NCBI GenBank assembly: GCA_038062675.1
Contig: JBBTWP010000003.1
Span: 129,378-193,377, forward strand
Direction: 5' to 3'
DNA length: 64,000 nucleotides
Origin: Patescibacteria group bacterium
GTDB taxonomy: Bacteria; Patescibacteriota; Minisyncoccia; Phycocordibacterales; UBA1550
Shown here: positions 20,575 to 29,162 of the stretch, in pieces
How the letters are laid out: the number at the start of each line of letters is the position of its first letter
Numbering within the stretch: position 1 is the stretch's first letter
Notes under the pieces: model-generated
Told to the model about the DNA's origin: nothing
Seen by the model: the letters and a program-made list of their open reading frames with translations, nothing else
The model's database searches: none
Made by a program: the position numbers and the translations under genes

Positions 20575-20763
20575 TTACACGCTGTTTTTTTCGAGTTCTT
20601 CCTGAATTCGTTCTTCGAGATTTTTTGGGTCATCGCGATACCGGTCTTCTACAATTGTCGCGCCGTGATGAGCTTCTCGATATGCTTTTCCTGTGCCCAT
20701 AAGGAAGCGCTCGTGGAGTTCGTGCAAGATGATGAATTTACGTTCTTGTTTCGTAAGTTTACC
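20575..20763 (-). pseudogene. Start-less 3' gene remnant
   Basis: Reads GKLTKQERKFIILHELHERFLMGTGKAYREAHHGATIVEDRYRDDPKNLEERIQEELEKNSV*; no ATG between the upstream in-frame stop and the HELHE motif. Confidence 0.5.
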
Positions 20764-20829
20764 ACAGCGCGGTGTTGATGCCGAAGGCTCTATGTAAAAA
20801 GGTCAATAATGTGATACCATAAATATATT

Positions 20830-22026
20830 ATGGTTAATGACGAGAGAATACAGGAGCTTCTGACGCGCGGTGTTGCAGAAGTTATTTATGATGATGCCCT
20901 TCGCACAAAGCTCACTACAGGAAAGCCGCTTCGCATAAAATTTGGCGTAGATCCTACCAGTCCCAATATCCACTTGGGTCGCGCAACCGCACTCTTGAAA
21001 CTTCGCGATTTTCAAAACTTAGGACATCAAATTGTCTTCATTATCGGCGATTTTACGGGGGTTATTGGTGACACTTCCGACAAAGAAAGTGAGCGTCCGA
21101 TGCTTTCCCGTGAGACGGTGGAGCAAAACCTTACCACCTATTTCGAGCAGGCGGGAAAGATTCTTGATATGAGCAAAGTGGAAGAGCATCGCAATACTGA
21201 ATGGCTTGAAAAACTCCAATATCGTGAGATTTGCGACCATGCGGACACATTCTCACTCTCTGATTTTATAGCCCGCGACAATATTAAGAGAAGGCTCGAT
21301 GCAGGCAAGCGCATCTCACTTCGCGAGCTCCTCTACCCACTCATGCAAGGGTACGACAGTGTGGCGGTGCGTGCGGATGTAGAAATTGGTGGTACTGACC
21401 AGAAATTTAATATGCTTGCAGGGCGAAAACTACAAGAGCGCGCCGGTATGGTCCCGCAAAATATCATCACTCTCGAGATTCTCGAAGGTTTGGATGGGCG
21501 CAAAATGAGTTCCAGTTGGGGGAATACTATCAACCTTAACGATACGCCAGCTGACATGTTTGGCAAAGTGATGAGCCTGCAAGACCAGCTCATGATGGAC
21601 TATTTTAAGTTTGCGACTAGAATACCGATAGTACGCGTGGAGGAGATTCAAGCCGAACTCAATGCTGGCGCAAACCCCCGCGATATTAAAATGTTGTTGG
21701 GTGAAGAGATTGTAAAAATGTTTTACGGAGAAGACCGAGCAAAGCACGCACGAGCGCAGTTTGTCGCAACATTTCAAGATCGCGCACTTCCGGATGACAT
21801 CGAAGAGGTGACCGCCAAGGAGGGGGAGTCATTTGCGGATATTCTCGTGCGAAGCAAAACTGTTGCCTCAAAAACTGAATGGCGTCGATTGGTGGGCGAG
21901 GGAGCGGTGAAAGAGTTGGATGATGAGGGTGCAGAGACAAAAATAGAAGACCCTGCAATCCTTTTTTCAGCAGACATTACACTCAAAGTGGGCAAGCGAC
22001 GCTTCATAAAGATAAAAAAGGATTAA
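20830..22026 (+). CDS. tyrS: Tyrosyl-tRNA synthetase
   Basis: GVDPT..NIHLGR, YPLMQGYD, GGTDQ, KMSSS, S4 domain ending VGKRRF. Confidence 0.97.
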   Translation: MVNDERIQELLTRGVAEVIYDDALRTKLTTGKPLRIKFGVDPTSPNIHLGRATALLKLRDFQNLGHQIVFIIGDFTGVIGDTSDKESERPMLSRETVEQNLTTYFEQAGKILDMSKVEEHRNTEWLEKLQYREICDHADTFSLSDFIARDNIKRRLDAGKRISLRELLYPLMQGYDSVAVRADVEIGGTDQKFNMLAGRKLQERAGMVPQNIITLEILEGLDGRKMSSSWGNTINLNDTPADMFGKVMSLQDQLMMDYFKFATRIPIVRVEEIQAELNAGANPRDIKMLLGEEIVKMFYGEDRAKHARAQFVATFQDRALPDDIEEVTAKEGESFADILVRSKTVASKTEWRRLVGEGAVKELDDEGAETKIEDPAILFSADITLKVGKRRFIKIKKD

Positions 22027-22031
22027 TGTGC

Positions 22032-22064
22032 AAAAAAAGGCCGGAACATTGTTCCGGCCTTTTT
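22032..22064. terminator. Bidirectional terminator
   Basis: aaaaaaaggccggaac-att-gttccggccttttt. Confidence 0.8.
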
Positions 22065-22077
22065 GATATAAACCCCT

Positions 22078-22215
22078 CTACTCATCAAGGGTACTTAGCC
22101 TGAATCCAAGGAGCTGTTCGTCGTCCGCAGGGTCGGTGACGAGCTCGTCGTCAAGCTCAAGGTCGGTGTCGGCGAGCTCTACTTCACTTGGCTCTGCAAT
22201 TTCGTCTTCACTCAT
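22078..22215 (-). CDS. 45-aa highly acidic microprotein
   Basis: Manual translation MSEDEIAEPSEVELADTDLELDDELVTDPADDEQLLGFRLSTLDE*; terminator follows. Confidence 0.6.
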   Translation of the reverse strand: MSEDEIAEPSEVELADTDLELDDELVTDPADDEQLLGFRLSTLDE

Positions 22216-22387
22216 GAATATTTTAAAATTATACATCTTAACAGCGCCTATTCGCTGAAGATTGCTATAGTTGTAGCAAAAAGTTTTTCATTCTGCAACA
22301 CTTTTTTCACAAAACTGTGGATAAGCTGTAGAGAAGATGAGGACAGAAAAACAAAGCTTGGTATATAAGGGTTATTTTAGAGTGTAC

Positions 22388-22858
22388 CTAGTGCCTTACA
22401 TACGCAAAATGAGTGAGTCCAATGGCAATAGCGTCCATTTCGTCGTCTTGGAACTTCTTTTCTGCACCAGTTATGAGTCTTCGCACCATACTCATAACCT
22501 GTTCCTTGGTCGCTTTGCCGTAGCCGGTGGTCGCGACTTTGATTTGAAGTGGTGTGTATTCAGCAATGGCGAGCCCTGAAAGGCGCGCTTGGTAGAGTAT
22601 TGCCCCGCGTACCTCCGCGACACGCATCGCCGTCTTTTGGTTATTGTCCATGAAGAGATTTTCGATGGCAAGCTCTTTGGGTTCATATTCGGCAATCACG
22701 CGTGCCACCTCGCGCCCCACGAGCTCGAGCCGTTCCACAAAGGGAAGTGTTTTTGATGTCTTAAAACATGTCGAAAACACCAACTCCTCTTTTTTGTATT
22801 TCTCCAAAACGGCAATCCCCAGCCGTTCATACCCCGGATCGATGGCAATGATGCGCAT
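22388..22858 (-). CDS. ruvC: Holliday junction resolvase RuvC
   Basis: IDPG, AIE.LF, EYTP.QIK...GYGKA.K.QV, DE.DA.AI. Confidence 0.96.
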   Translation of the reverse strand: MRIIAIDPGYERLGIAVLEKYKKEELVFSTCFKTSKTLPFVERLELVGREVARVIAEYEPKELAIENLFMDNNQKTAMRVAEVRGAILYQARLSGLAIAEYTPLQIKVATTGYGKATKEQVMSMVRRLITGAEKKFQDDEMDAIAIGLTHFAYVRH

Positions 22859-22908
22859 AAAGACATAATAACACAGAGGTGCTGGGCGCTAGGGGTGAAT
22901 TCAATCAA

Positions 22909-23643
22909 TTACAGATTCCCATAGATTTCATCTGGCCTTCTTTTTGTCGCGGTCATTTTGAGGGTTTCGTGCAGGGCGTTGAATGTGGAAATAAATGCTA
23001 GTTCTTTGCTAATAGAGGCCTTTTTTGTTGCATGGTCAATGGTTACCAACATTTTTCCATCTGATATTATTTCAAGGGAAGTAATGAAGGAATTATTCGG
23101 GATACTGTGAAGGATTGTCGGTCTACCGAAGTGCGAGCCCAGTATTTTTTTTGGCAGGCTTTTTATTGTTCCAATCGCGTCATCCGTTATGATTGCGTCG
23201 ATGATAACTTGGCGCAGTTTTTGTCGGGTATGAGCTTGCCCAAAACTTTGTCCCTTGCCTATCATGTCGAGGATGGATTCAATCGCCTCCTTCCCTTGAA
23301 TGCCGATGATAGTATGGCTTCCACTTGCGTGCAAAGCCTGGTATGCATCAAGAATCGAAACAGAGTGATGAATCCTTTCTTGAAGAGAGCCGGTTGTTTC
23401 AAGGAGGGAAAGTGCCCATGTGTGAGATTTTGATGTGTTGTTGAGAATAACCAACCCGCGTTTTTTTAGTTTTTTGAGATTATAGAGGGCGGTGAGACGG
23501 TTAATGTCGAGCGCTTCGCAAAGATTTTTCAGAGCGATAGGCTTCTTTGATTGTTTGAGTGTTCGTAAGATAACCCCTTCCGTCTTATTCGGGAGGGCAA
23601 TTTTAGTAACCATTGCGGGTGATATGTTAAAATTTTTTGACAT
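22909..23643 (-). CDS. TrmB-like winged-HTH regulator
   Basis: N-terminal wHTH (INRLTALYNLKKLKKRGLV) plus C-terminal effector-like domain. Confidence 0.65.
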   Translation of the reverse strand: MSKNFNISPAMVTKIALPNKTEGVILRTLKQSKKPIALKNLCEALDINRLTALYNLKKLKKRGLVILNNTSKSHTWALSLLETTGSLQERIHHSVSILDAYQALHASGSHTIIGIQGKEAIESILDMIGKGQSFGQAHTRQKLRQVIIDAIITDDAIGTIKSLPKKILGSHFGRPTILHSIPNNSFITSLEIISDGKMLVTIDHATKKASISKELAFISTFNALHETLKMTATKRRPDEIYGNL

Positions 23644-23777
23644 GTATACGTAATATAGTATATATATTGCAAGGTTTTGTCAACCTACTGGAATTCTTTG
23701 AAAAATAGAACGCAGCTTGTATATGCTAGTAACTAGAGGTACCAAAGTCTTTCTTTTTAACAACATGAGGATTGAAC

Positions 23778-23996
23778 ATGAAACTACTCGACATCACCCC
23801 TGCGAAATTTTCATGCGTACTCGGGATGTGCCCAGGAGTGTACGCATCTGATAACAGTTATGTTGTGGTTGGAAAACAAATTGACGCCAGCCGTCATTTG
23901 CCCGGTCGAGTTGCGCCACACGAACAGGCTGTGGAGATACCAAAGGAATTGCTTGAACAAGCGGTAGTTGATTATTTAAAAACAAGGCATAAGTGA
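23778..23996 (+). CDS. Small hypothetical protein with C-x4-CP motif
   Basis: SCVLGMCPGVY...YVVVG...EQAVEIPKELL; GAGGA RBS; terminator hairpin follows. Confidence 0.7.
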   Translation: MKLLDITPAKFSCVLGMCPGVYASDNSYVVVGKQIDASRHLPGRVAPHEQAVEIPKELLEQAVVDYLKTRHK

Positions 23997-24106
23997 TATT
24001 TGCGCTTAATGCACTGGACTGAGTTTTTGCCCCCGCACATTCGTGCGGGGTTTTGTTTTTGAGTAGTTGCGTGGATGCAAAAACAGATTGTGCCTCTGTT
24101 AAATAG

Positions 24107-24198
24107 TTAAAGCAATTTTTGCTGTCGATCCTCGGGATATCCAAACCCAAATGCTCATACGCGCGCGCCGTGGCGATACGGCCACGCGGGGTGCGCTT
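24107..24198 (-). pseudogene. Diverged ruvB 3'-end remnant 1
   Basis: RTPRGRIATARAYEHLG-(frameshift)-YPEDRQQKLL* versus Ruv[30 protein letters not shown]. Confidence 0.88.
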
Positions 24199-24258
24199 TT
24201 TAGCGCCGTAGGGGGTTTAGTCGTAACTTAATACCAGCATTTTGGCTACAATATACTT

Positions 24259-24312
24259 TGTACGAATTCTTGACATGACATGTTTGCATTTCGTACATAT
24301 ATTATGTATACT
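24259..24312 (+). promoter_or_regulatory. Promoter and inverted-repeat operator of the TA operon
   Basis: TTGCAT-17-TATACT, 6 nt before ATG; TGTACGAA (24259) / TTCGTACA (24290) inverted repeat. Confidence 0.6.
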
Positions 24313-24318
24313 TGAAGC

Positions 24319-24993
24319 ATGAGTATTAAGTACGCACCATTTATAAAAAGTCTTCGCACAAAAAAAGGGCTTTCACAGCTTGCGTTGGCGCAAAAGATAG
24401 GCATATCTCGCCCATTGTACATTGCAGTCGAGCAAGGGAAGCGAGAGCTTACACTGGGCGAATTTGATAAACTTTCGGGCGTGCTTGGAGTGTCGCTTGA
24501 GGAGCTTGAAGGTGGCGAGGTGCCCGATTACGAAAAGTACAAGCAAATGATTTTCATGTTTCTTCGTTTGAATAAAGAAATTACGAAAACAAAGCTGGCT
24601 AAACTCCTCTATTTTGCGGATTTTGGTTGGTTTTACTCTCATCTCAAAAGTATGAGTGGAATGCAGTATCGGAGAATTACTTATGGTCCTGTTGCGGATA
24701 CATATTTTCGACTTATCGACGAGATGTCCGAGGCGGGGGAGATATCTATCAAGCAAACAGAGGAGGGGGCTATGCTCATTTCCCAAACTCGAAGCGGATC
24801 AAAAGCGAACCTCTTGGGTGTAAGCATTGAAGAAAAGAAGCTTATAGAAAAGATTGATAAAAAATGGAAAGGCAAAAAAACAGCAGACATTGTAAAATTT
24901 ACCCACAATCAGTTTCCCTATCTTTACGCCCAAGATAATGAAATTGTGTCATACGGACTTTTTACTCAAGAAAATCCAGATGAAATCTACTAA
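24319..24993 (+). CDS. XRE-HTH + Panacea (DUF4065/SocA-like) antitoxin
   Basis: N-terminal HTH_3; KTKLAKLLYFADF...YGPV...H..FP motifs. Confidence 0.85.
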   Translation: MSIKYAPFIKSLRTKKGLSQLALAQKIGISRPLYIAVEQGKRELTLGEFDKLSGVLGVSLEELEGGEVPDYEKYKQMIFMFLRLNKEITKTKLAKLLYFADFGWFYSHLKSMSGMQYRRITYGPVADTYFRLIDEMSEAGEISIKQTEEGAMLISQTRSGSKANLLGVSIEEKKLIEKIDKKWKGKKTADIVKFTHNQFPYLYAQDNEIVSYGLFTQENPDEIY

Positions 24994-25375
24994 CTACGAA
25001 GTAATATTCGAATCTTTTACAGAGAGGCACTTCATAAAATCCTTTGCTAAAAAATATAGAGGATCTTGGGACTTTACTTTTAAATATTTGTATCAAGAAT
25101 TCGAGCAGATAGAGCTATTGTTTTTGAAAAATACTGCTGAGACTATTTCAGATTCTGAAGATGTAAAAATTTGCAAAACTGAGTTTAAGATTGCGGGAAC
25201 ACAAGACTCAAGACATGGTTCAGGAAATAGATGTATTGTTGCAATTCATAAAAATATAAATAAAGTTCGTGTTTTACTCGTCTATCACAAAAACGATCTT
25301 GGCGGTGGCAATGAAACAGCAAACTGGAAAAGGGTCATAAAAGAAAATTACCCAGAGTACTTAAGCCTTTTATAA
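24980..25375 (+). CDS. Putative toxin, possibly RelE/ParE-like
   Basis: Overlaps the antitoxin stop; K...SG.R.IV...LLVYHKND pattern. Confidence 0.6.
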   Translation: MKSTNYEVIFESFTERHFIKSFAKKYRGSWDFTFKYLYQEFEQIELLFLKNTAETISDSEDVKICKTEFKIAGTQDSRHGSGNRCIVAIHKNINKVRVLLVYHKNDLGGGNETANWKRVIKENYPEYLSLL

Positions 25376-25430
25376 CAAACTCTTCTGCCGGTCCTCTAGA
25401 TAGTCAAATCCCAAGTGCTCATAGGCGCGC
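25370..25430 (-). pseudogene. Diverged ruvB 3'-end remnant 2
   Basis: [19 protein letters not shown]; shares gatagtcaaatcccaagtgctc with ruvB. Confidence 0.9.
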
Positions 25431-25479
25431 TTAAAGAGGCCGCACAATATGATTTTTTTTCGCATGGTATAATACGCAT

Positions 25480-26262
25480 ATGAATATCCAAATAAACAAA
25501 AAATTTTTTATTTTCGTTGTAATTTTAACCATCTTTTCTTTAATCGGGTTAACAATAGATAATTGGGTTTCGCAAAGCACCCCAGAACTCTTCATTGCCG
25601 GGGTGTCTGTCGCAGTTCTCTTTTTTCCAGCAATCCTCGCCATCCTAGTGTCATTTTTGTTGGGAACACTAGTAAAGGTAATCATAGTACTCAAAGATTT
25701 TATTACGAAGAAAGAACCAATTCAGCTTAAAAATATTTTCCCCCGCACCGTTTCTTTACCACTAGTTGTGCTCTTTGCGTTATTTTTTTACTGGTCACTA
25801 CTTTGTAATTCACTAAACACAGCTCGAGAAAAACCTCTTGCAAGCGCCATAATATCAATTCTGACAAGCGAGCGAGGAATGGCAGAGCTTTACTACGAGC
25901 AAAATAATGGTTCGTATGGGGGACAAAAGCCAGCTTCGCATGAAACATGTTCTGCTGAGAGCACAATGTTTGTAGATAAGAATAGCGGACTCAGGAACAT
26001 AGAAAGCAACCGTGCTTATATAAAAGATTCGATGGTTTGTGCCGTTGGGGGCAAGGGGCAGACATGGGCAGTTAGTGTTAAATTTAGAACAGACCTCGTA
26101 CAAAACAGCTGCATTCCTTTTTCTAAAGGAATAAAAGATTTTTTTATTACGCCAAAGGAATCTTTGTGGTGTGTAGACAGTAGTGGGAAAGCCGGTCCAT
26201 CCTTAGATGTTGAGACTCACAACGATGGTTCTGTGGGTTGTGCTACCCCGCCAGTGCTATAA
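25480..26262 (+). CDS. Membrane protein with C-terminal type IV pilin-like domain
   Basis: 3 TM helices, then LNTAREK...[12 protein letters not shown]...C...WAVS...WCVDSSG. Confidence 0.65.
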   Translation: MNIQINKKFFIFVVILTIFSLIGLTIDNWVSQSTPELFIAGVSVAVLFFPAILAILVSFLLGTLVKVIIVLKDFITKKEPIQLKNIFPRTVSLPLVVLFALFFYWSLLCNSLNTAREKPLASAIISILTSERGMAELYYEQNNGSYGGQKPASHETCSAESTMFVDKNSGLRNIESNRAYIKDSMVCAVGGKGQTWAVSVKFRTDLVQNSCIPFSKGIKDFFITPKESLWCVDSSGKAGPSLDVETHNDGSVGCATPPVL

Positions 26263-27276
26263 AAGTCTCCCTTGCTTATCCTCCGGATAGTCAAATCCCA
26301 AGTGCTCGTAGGCGCGGGGTGTGGCGACGCGGCCGCGTGGGGTGCGCTCGAGGAGGCCGAGCTGGAGGAGGTAGGGTTCGTTCACTTCTTCGATAGCAGC
26401 AGTTTCTTCGGAAAGTGCTGCTGCAATTGTGGTGAGGCCGACTGGGCCGCCGTTGAATTTATCAATAATCACTTCAAGTATTTTTCGGTCGAGGGCGGTG
26501 AGGCCAAGCTCGTCGATTTCAAGCAGGGCAAGGGCGTCCGCGACAAATTTTGCAGAGATGTCACCGCGTTCTACTTGGGCGAAATCACGCGCACGTTTTA
26601 AAAGATAGTTTGCGGTACGGGGCGTTGCACGACTGCGACGTGCGATTTCTTGCGCAGCCTCGGCGGGCAAGGGGATTCCCAAAATCTCTGCCGAGCGCGT
26701 TACAATTTTTTCAATTTCAGGTTGTGTATAAAATTCGAGACGGAATGTGCCGCCAGAGAAACGCGAGCGAAGTGGAGCAGAGAGCATGGCGACACGCGTC
26801 GTTGCGGCGATGAGGGTAAAGGGTGGAAGATCGAGCTGAATGGTGCGCGCCGACGGACCTTTGCCAATAATGATGTCGAGCACGCCGGACTCCATAGCAG
26901 GGTAGAGCACTTCCTCAATCATCTTATTTAAGCGGTGAATTTCGTCGATAAAGAGCACGTCGCCAGGAGCAAGGTTGGTGAGAACCGATGCCAAATCACC
27001 CACCTTTTCAATAGCAGGACCCGAGGTGCTCTTCACTTGACAGCCCATTTCATTTGCGATAAGATGCGCTAACGTTGTTTTACCAAGGCCAGGGGGTCCG
27101 TAAAACAGCACATGTTCGGGAGGGTGGGCGCGTTCCTTGGCAGCCTGAAGCAGTATTTTAAGGTTTTTCTTTATCGTTTCTTGACCAATATAGTCATCAA
27201 AACGCTTCGGCCGCAATGTTTGGTCGAGGAAAGAAAACTCTTGATTTAACTGCTTATTTTGTTGTTCGGGGTCCAT
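26257..27276 (-). CDS. ruvB: Holliday junction helicase RuvB
   Basis: LRP...[26 protein letters not shown]. Confidence 0.98.
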   Translation of the reverse strand: MDPEQQNKQLNQEFSFLDQTLRPKRFDDYIGQETIKKNLKILLQAAKERAHPPEHVLFYGPPGLGKTTLAHLIANEMGCQVKSTSGPAIEKVGDLASVLTNLAPGDVLFIDEIHRLNKMIEEVLYPAMESGVLDIIIGKGPSARTIQLDLPPFTLIAATTRVAMLSAPLRSRFSGGTFRLEFYTQPEIEKIVTRSAEILGIPLPAEAAQEIARRSRATPRTANYLLKRARDFAQVERGDISAKFVADALALLEIDELGLTALDRKILEVIIDKFNGGPVGLTTIAAALSEETAAIEEVNEPYLLQLGLLERTPRGRVATPRAYEHLGFDYPEDKQGRLL

Positions 27277-27291
27277 AAAAGGGATGAATGC

Positions 27292-27320
27292 TTGACAAAA
27301 TTTTTCCTGTATGCTAAGAT
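27292..27320 (+). promoter_or_regulatory. Strong sigma70-type promoter facing a non-coding region
   Basis: TTGACA-17 nt-TAAGAT with extended TG. Confidence 0.75.
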
Positions 27321-27326
27321 AGTTTT

Positions 27327-27535
27327 ACATATGGCTTGAGGCCATATTGTTCGTTTAAAAGATTCCCTACATAAGCCTCTTTCAGTTAAACCCTCCGGGG
27401 TTCACATGATTGCGATCGAGGACGTGCCGGTACTTCGCTTTATGCGACGCTCGCGGGCACCATCCTTAGATTGCTGTTTAACTCGATTTGTTTACATTTC
27501 GAGAGCTGCTGGGGGTTTATGTAAGGGATTTTTTT
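27327..27535 (+). ncRNA. Structured ncRNA, 6S RNA candidate
   Basis: Closing stem 27357-27387/27504-27534, central bubble, apical stem 27412-27474, U-tract end, own promoter. Confidence 0.55.
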
Positions 27536-27698
27536 GTGCTCCTGTCTTGCTTGCCAACTTGCTAAAGCGCCCAAATATCGCGACACTTTCTTTCATAGTA
27601 GCTGTTTTGAGGGCAAAAAACAAATGGGGTGATAACTTGAACTTTATAAATAAAAAACGCTCCCCCACATTATTATGGAAGAGCGTTAAGTTTATTTT

Positions 27699-28988
27699 TT
27701 AGAACTTTCTATTTTTAGGCTTAATACTTTGAATGCCCACGTATTGTTGTAGGACTTCAGGTATCAAGACCGTCCCATCAGCTTGTTGGTTGTTTTCCAA
27801 AATCGCCAACATAGTTCGGGTAACAGCAACTGCCGTTCCATTGAGCGTGTGTACCAAACTCAACTTCCCGGTAGTTTTATCCTTAAAACGAACATTTAAG
27901 CGTCGTGATTGAAAATCAGTACAGTTTGAGGCAGAAGTAACCTCTCCATACCCTCCATTGTCGCCAATGAATGGCATCCATGCTTCGATGTCGTATTTCC
28001 GGTAGGCTGGCGCTCCGAGATCACTTTTACACATAAGTAGCACACGATACGGGAGATTGAGGGATTGATAGAAATCTTCCTCGATCGCCAACATTTCCTC
28101 GTGAGCCTCTGCACTTTTAGTTGGGTGAACAAATTGATAGAGTTCAACTTTGCTAAACTGGTGAACTCGATACAGACCCTTGCTCTCTCTTCCAGCACTA
28201 CCTGCTTCAGTCCTAAAGCAATGACTCACTCCGGCAATTTTTATCGGAAGGTGCTCTTCTGGGACTACTGAGTTTGCCATATATCCACCGATGGCAATCT
28301 CCGAAGTTCCTATAAGACTAAGGTCTCCCTCCGATAGAGAATATATCTGACTTGCCGGACCTCTAGGTGTGAATCCTGAGGCGGAGATGATGTCATCTCG
28401 TACTATTTCAGGTGTGGTCATCAACGTAAAGCCGTGTCTGTTTGCGATTTCCATTGCGTAGCGAATAAGCCCCATTTCAAGAAGAACAGCTTCGTTCTTA
28501 AGGAAATAAAACTTTGAACCAGTGATTTTCGCAGCTGCTTCAAAGTCCATGATGTCTAATTTTTTACCAAGCTCGACATGATCGAGAGGTTTAAAATTAA
28601 ACTTCGGTGGAGTACCAAAGAACTTTACTGGTATGTTGCCACCTTCGTCAGACCCTTGTGGTACATCAAAGGCACTAAGATTTGGAATTCTAAGAGCCTC
28701 ATGATGGTATTCCTTTTCAAGTATAGAGACCTCATCCTTAAGAGTTTTTATTGTTTCCCTCAAAATGGTAGATTCTTCCTTGAGTTGGTCTCGGGTTGGG
28801 TCATCTGCTTTTTCAAACTGCTTCGCAACTTGATTCACTCTTTGCTGGGATGTCTCAAGAGACATTTTTTTAATCTTCAGTTGCTCATATAGACCAACTA
28901 CTTTGTCTACGTTAGCATCAGCACAGCGTTCTTGTGTGTTTCTGCGAACCAGGTCAAGATTGTTTAGGATAAATCGTATATCTAACAT
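27699..28988 (-). CDS. serS: Seryl-tRNA synthetase
   Basis: MLDI, LIGTSE, CFRTEAG...GLYRVHQFSKVE, HTLNGT. Confidence 0.96.
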   Translation of the reverse strand: MLDIRFILNNLDLVRRNTQERCADANVDKVVGLYEQLKIKKMSLETSQQRVNQVAKQFEKADDPTRDQLKEESTILRETIKTLKDEVSILEKEYHHEALRIPNLSAFDVPQGSDEGGNIPVKFFGTPPKFNFKPLDHVELGKKLDIMDFEAAAKITGSKFYFLKNEAVLLEMGLIRYAMEIANRHGFTLMTTPEIVRDDIISASGFTPRGPASQIYSLSEGDLSLIGTSEIAIGGYMANSVVPEEHLPIKIAGVSHCFRTEAGSAGRESKGLYRVHQFSKVELYQFVHPTKSAEAHEEMLAIEEDFYQSLNLPYRVLLMCKSDLGAPAYRKYDIEAWMPFIGDNGGYGEVTSASNCTDFQSRRLNVRFKDKTTGKLSLVHTLNGTAVAVTRTMLAILENNQQADGTVLIPEVLQQYVGIQSIKPKNRKF

Positions 28989-29162
28989 AACACGCCTCCA
29001 TTAAAAAGACTTGATTTTAACAACGAACTGTATTTACTATGCCTACGACATCCTAATACTAATTTTATAGATAGTCAAGGAAGCACATTGACAAATAATG
29101 AAAATACAGTATTATTCACATAGGTGGAATAAAGAACCTTGAAACTCTAATTGGAGGCTAAA

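Noticed and set aside
27406-27702. 98-aa + strand ORF
   Set aside because: No RBS or recognisable motif; it overlaps the structured RNA and runs through its U-tract
28989-29162. T-box leader for serS or the AlaRS-like gene
   Set aside because: Short interval filled by two divergent promoters; no T-box motif
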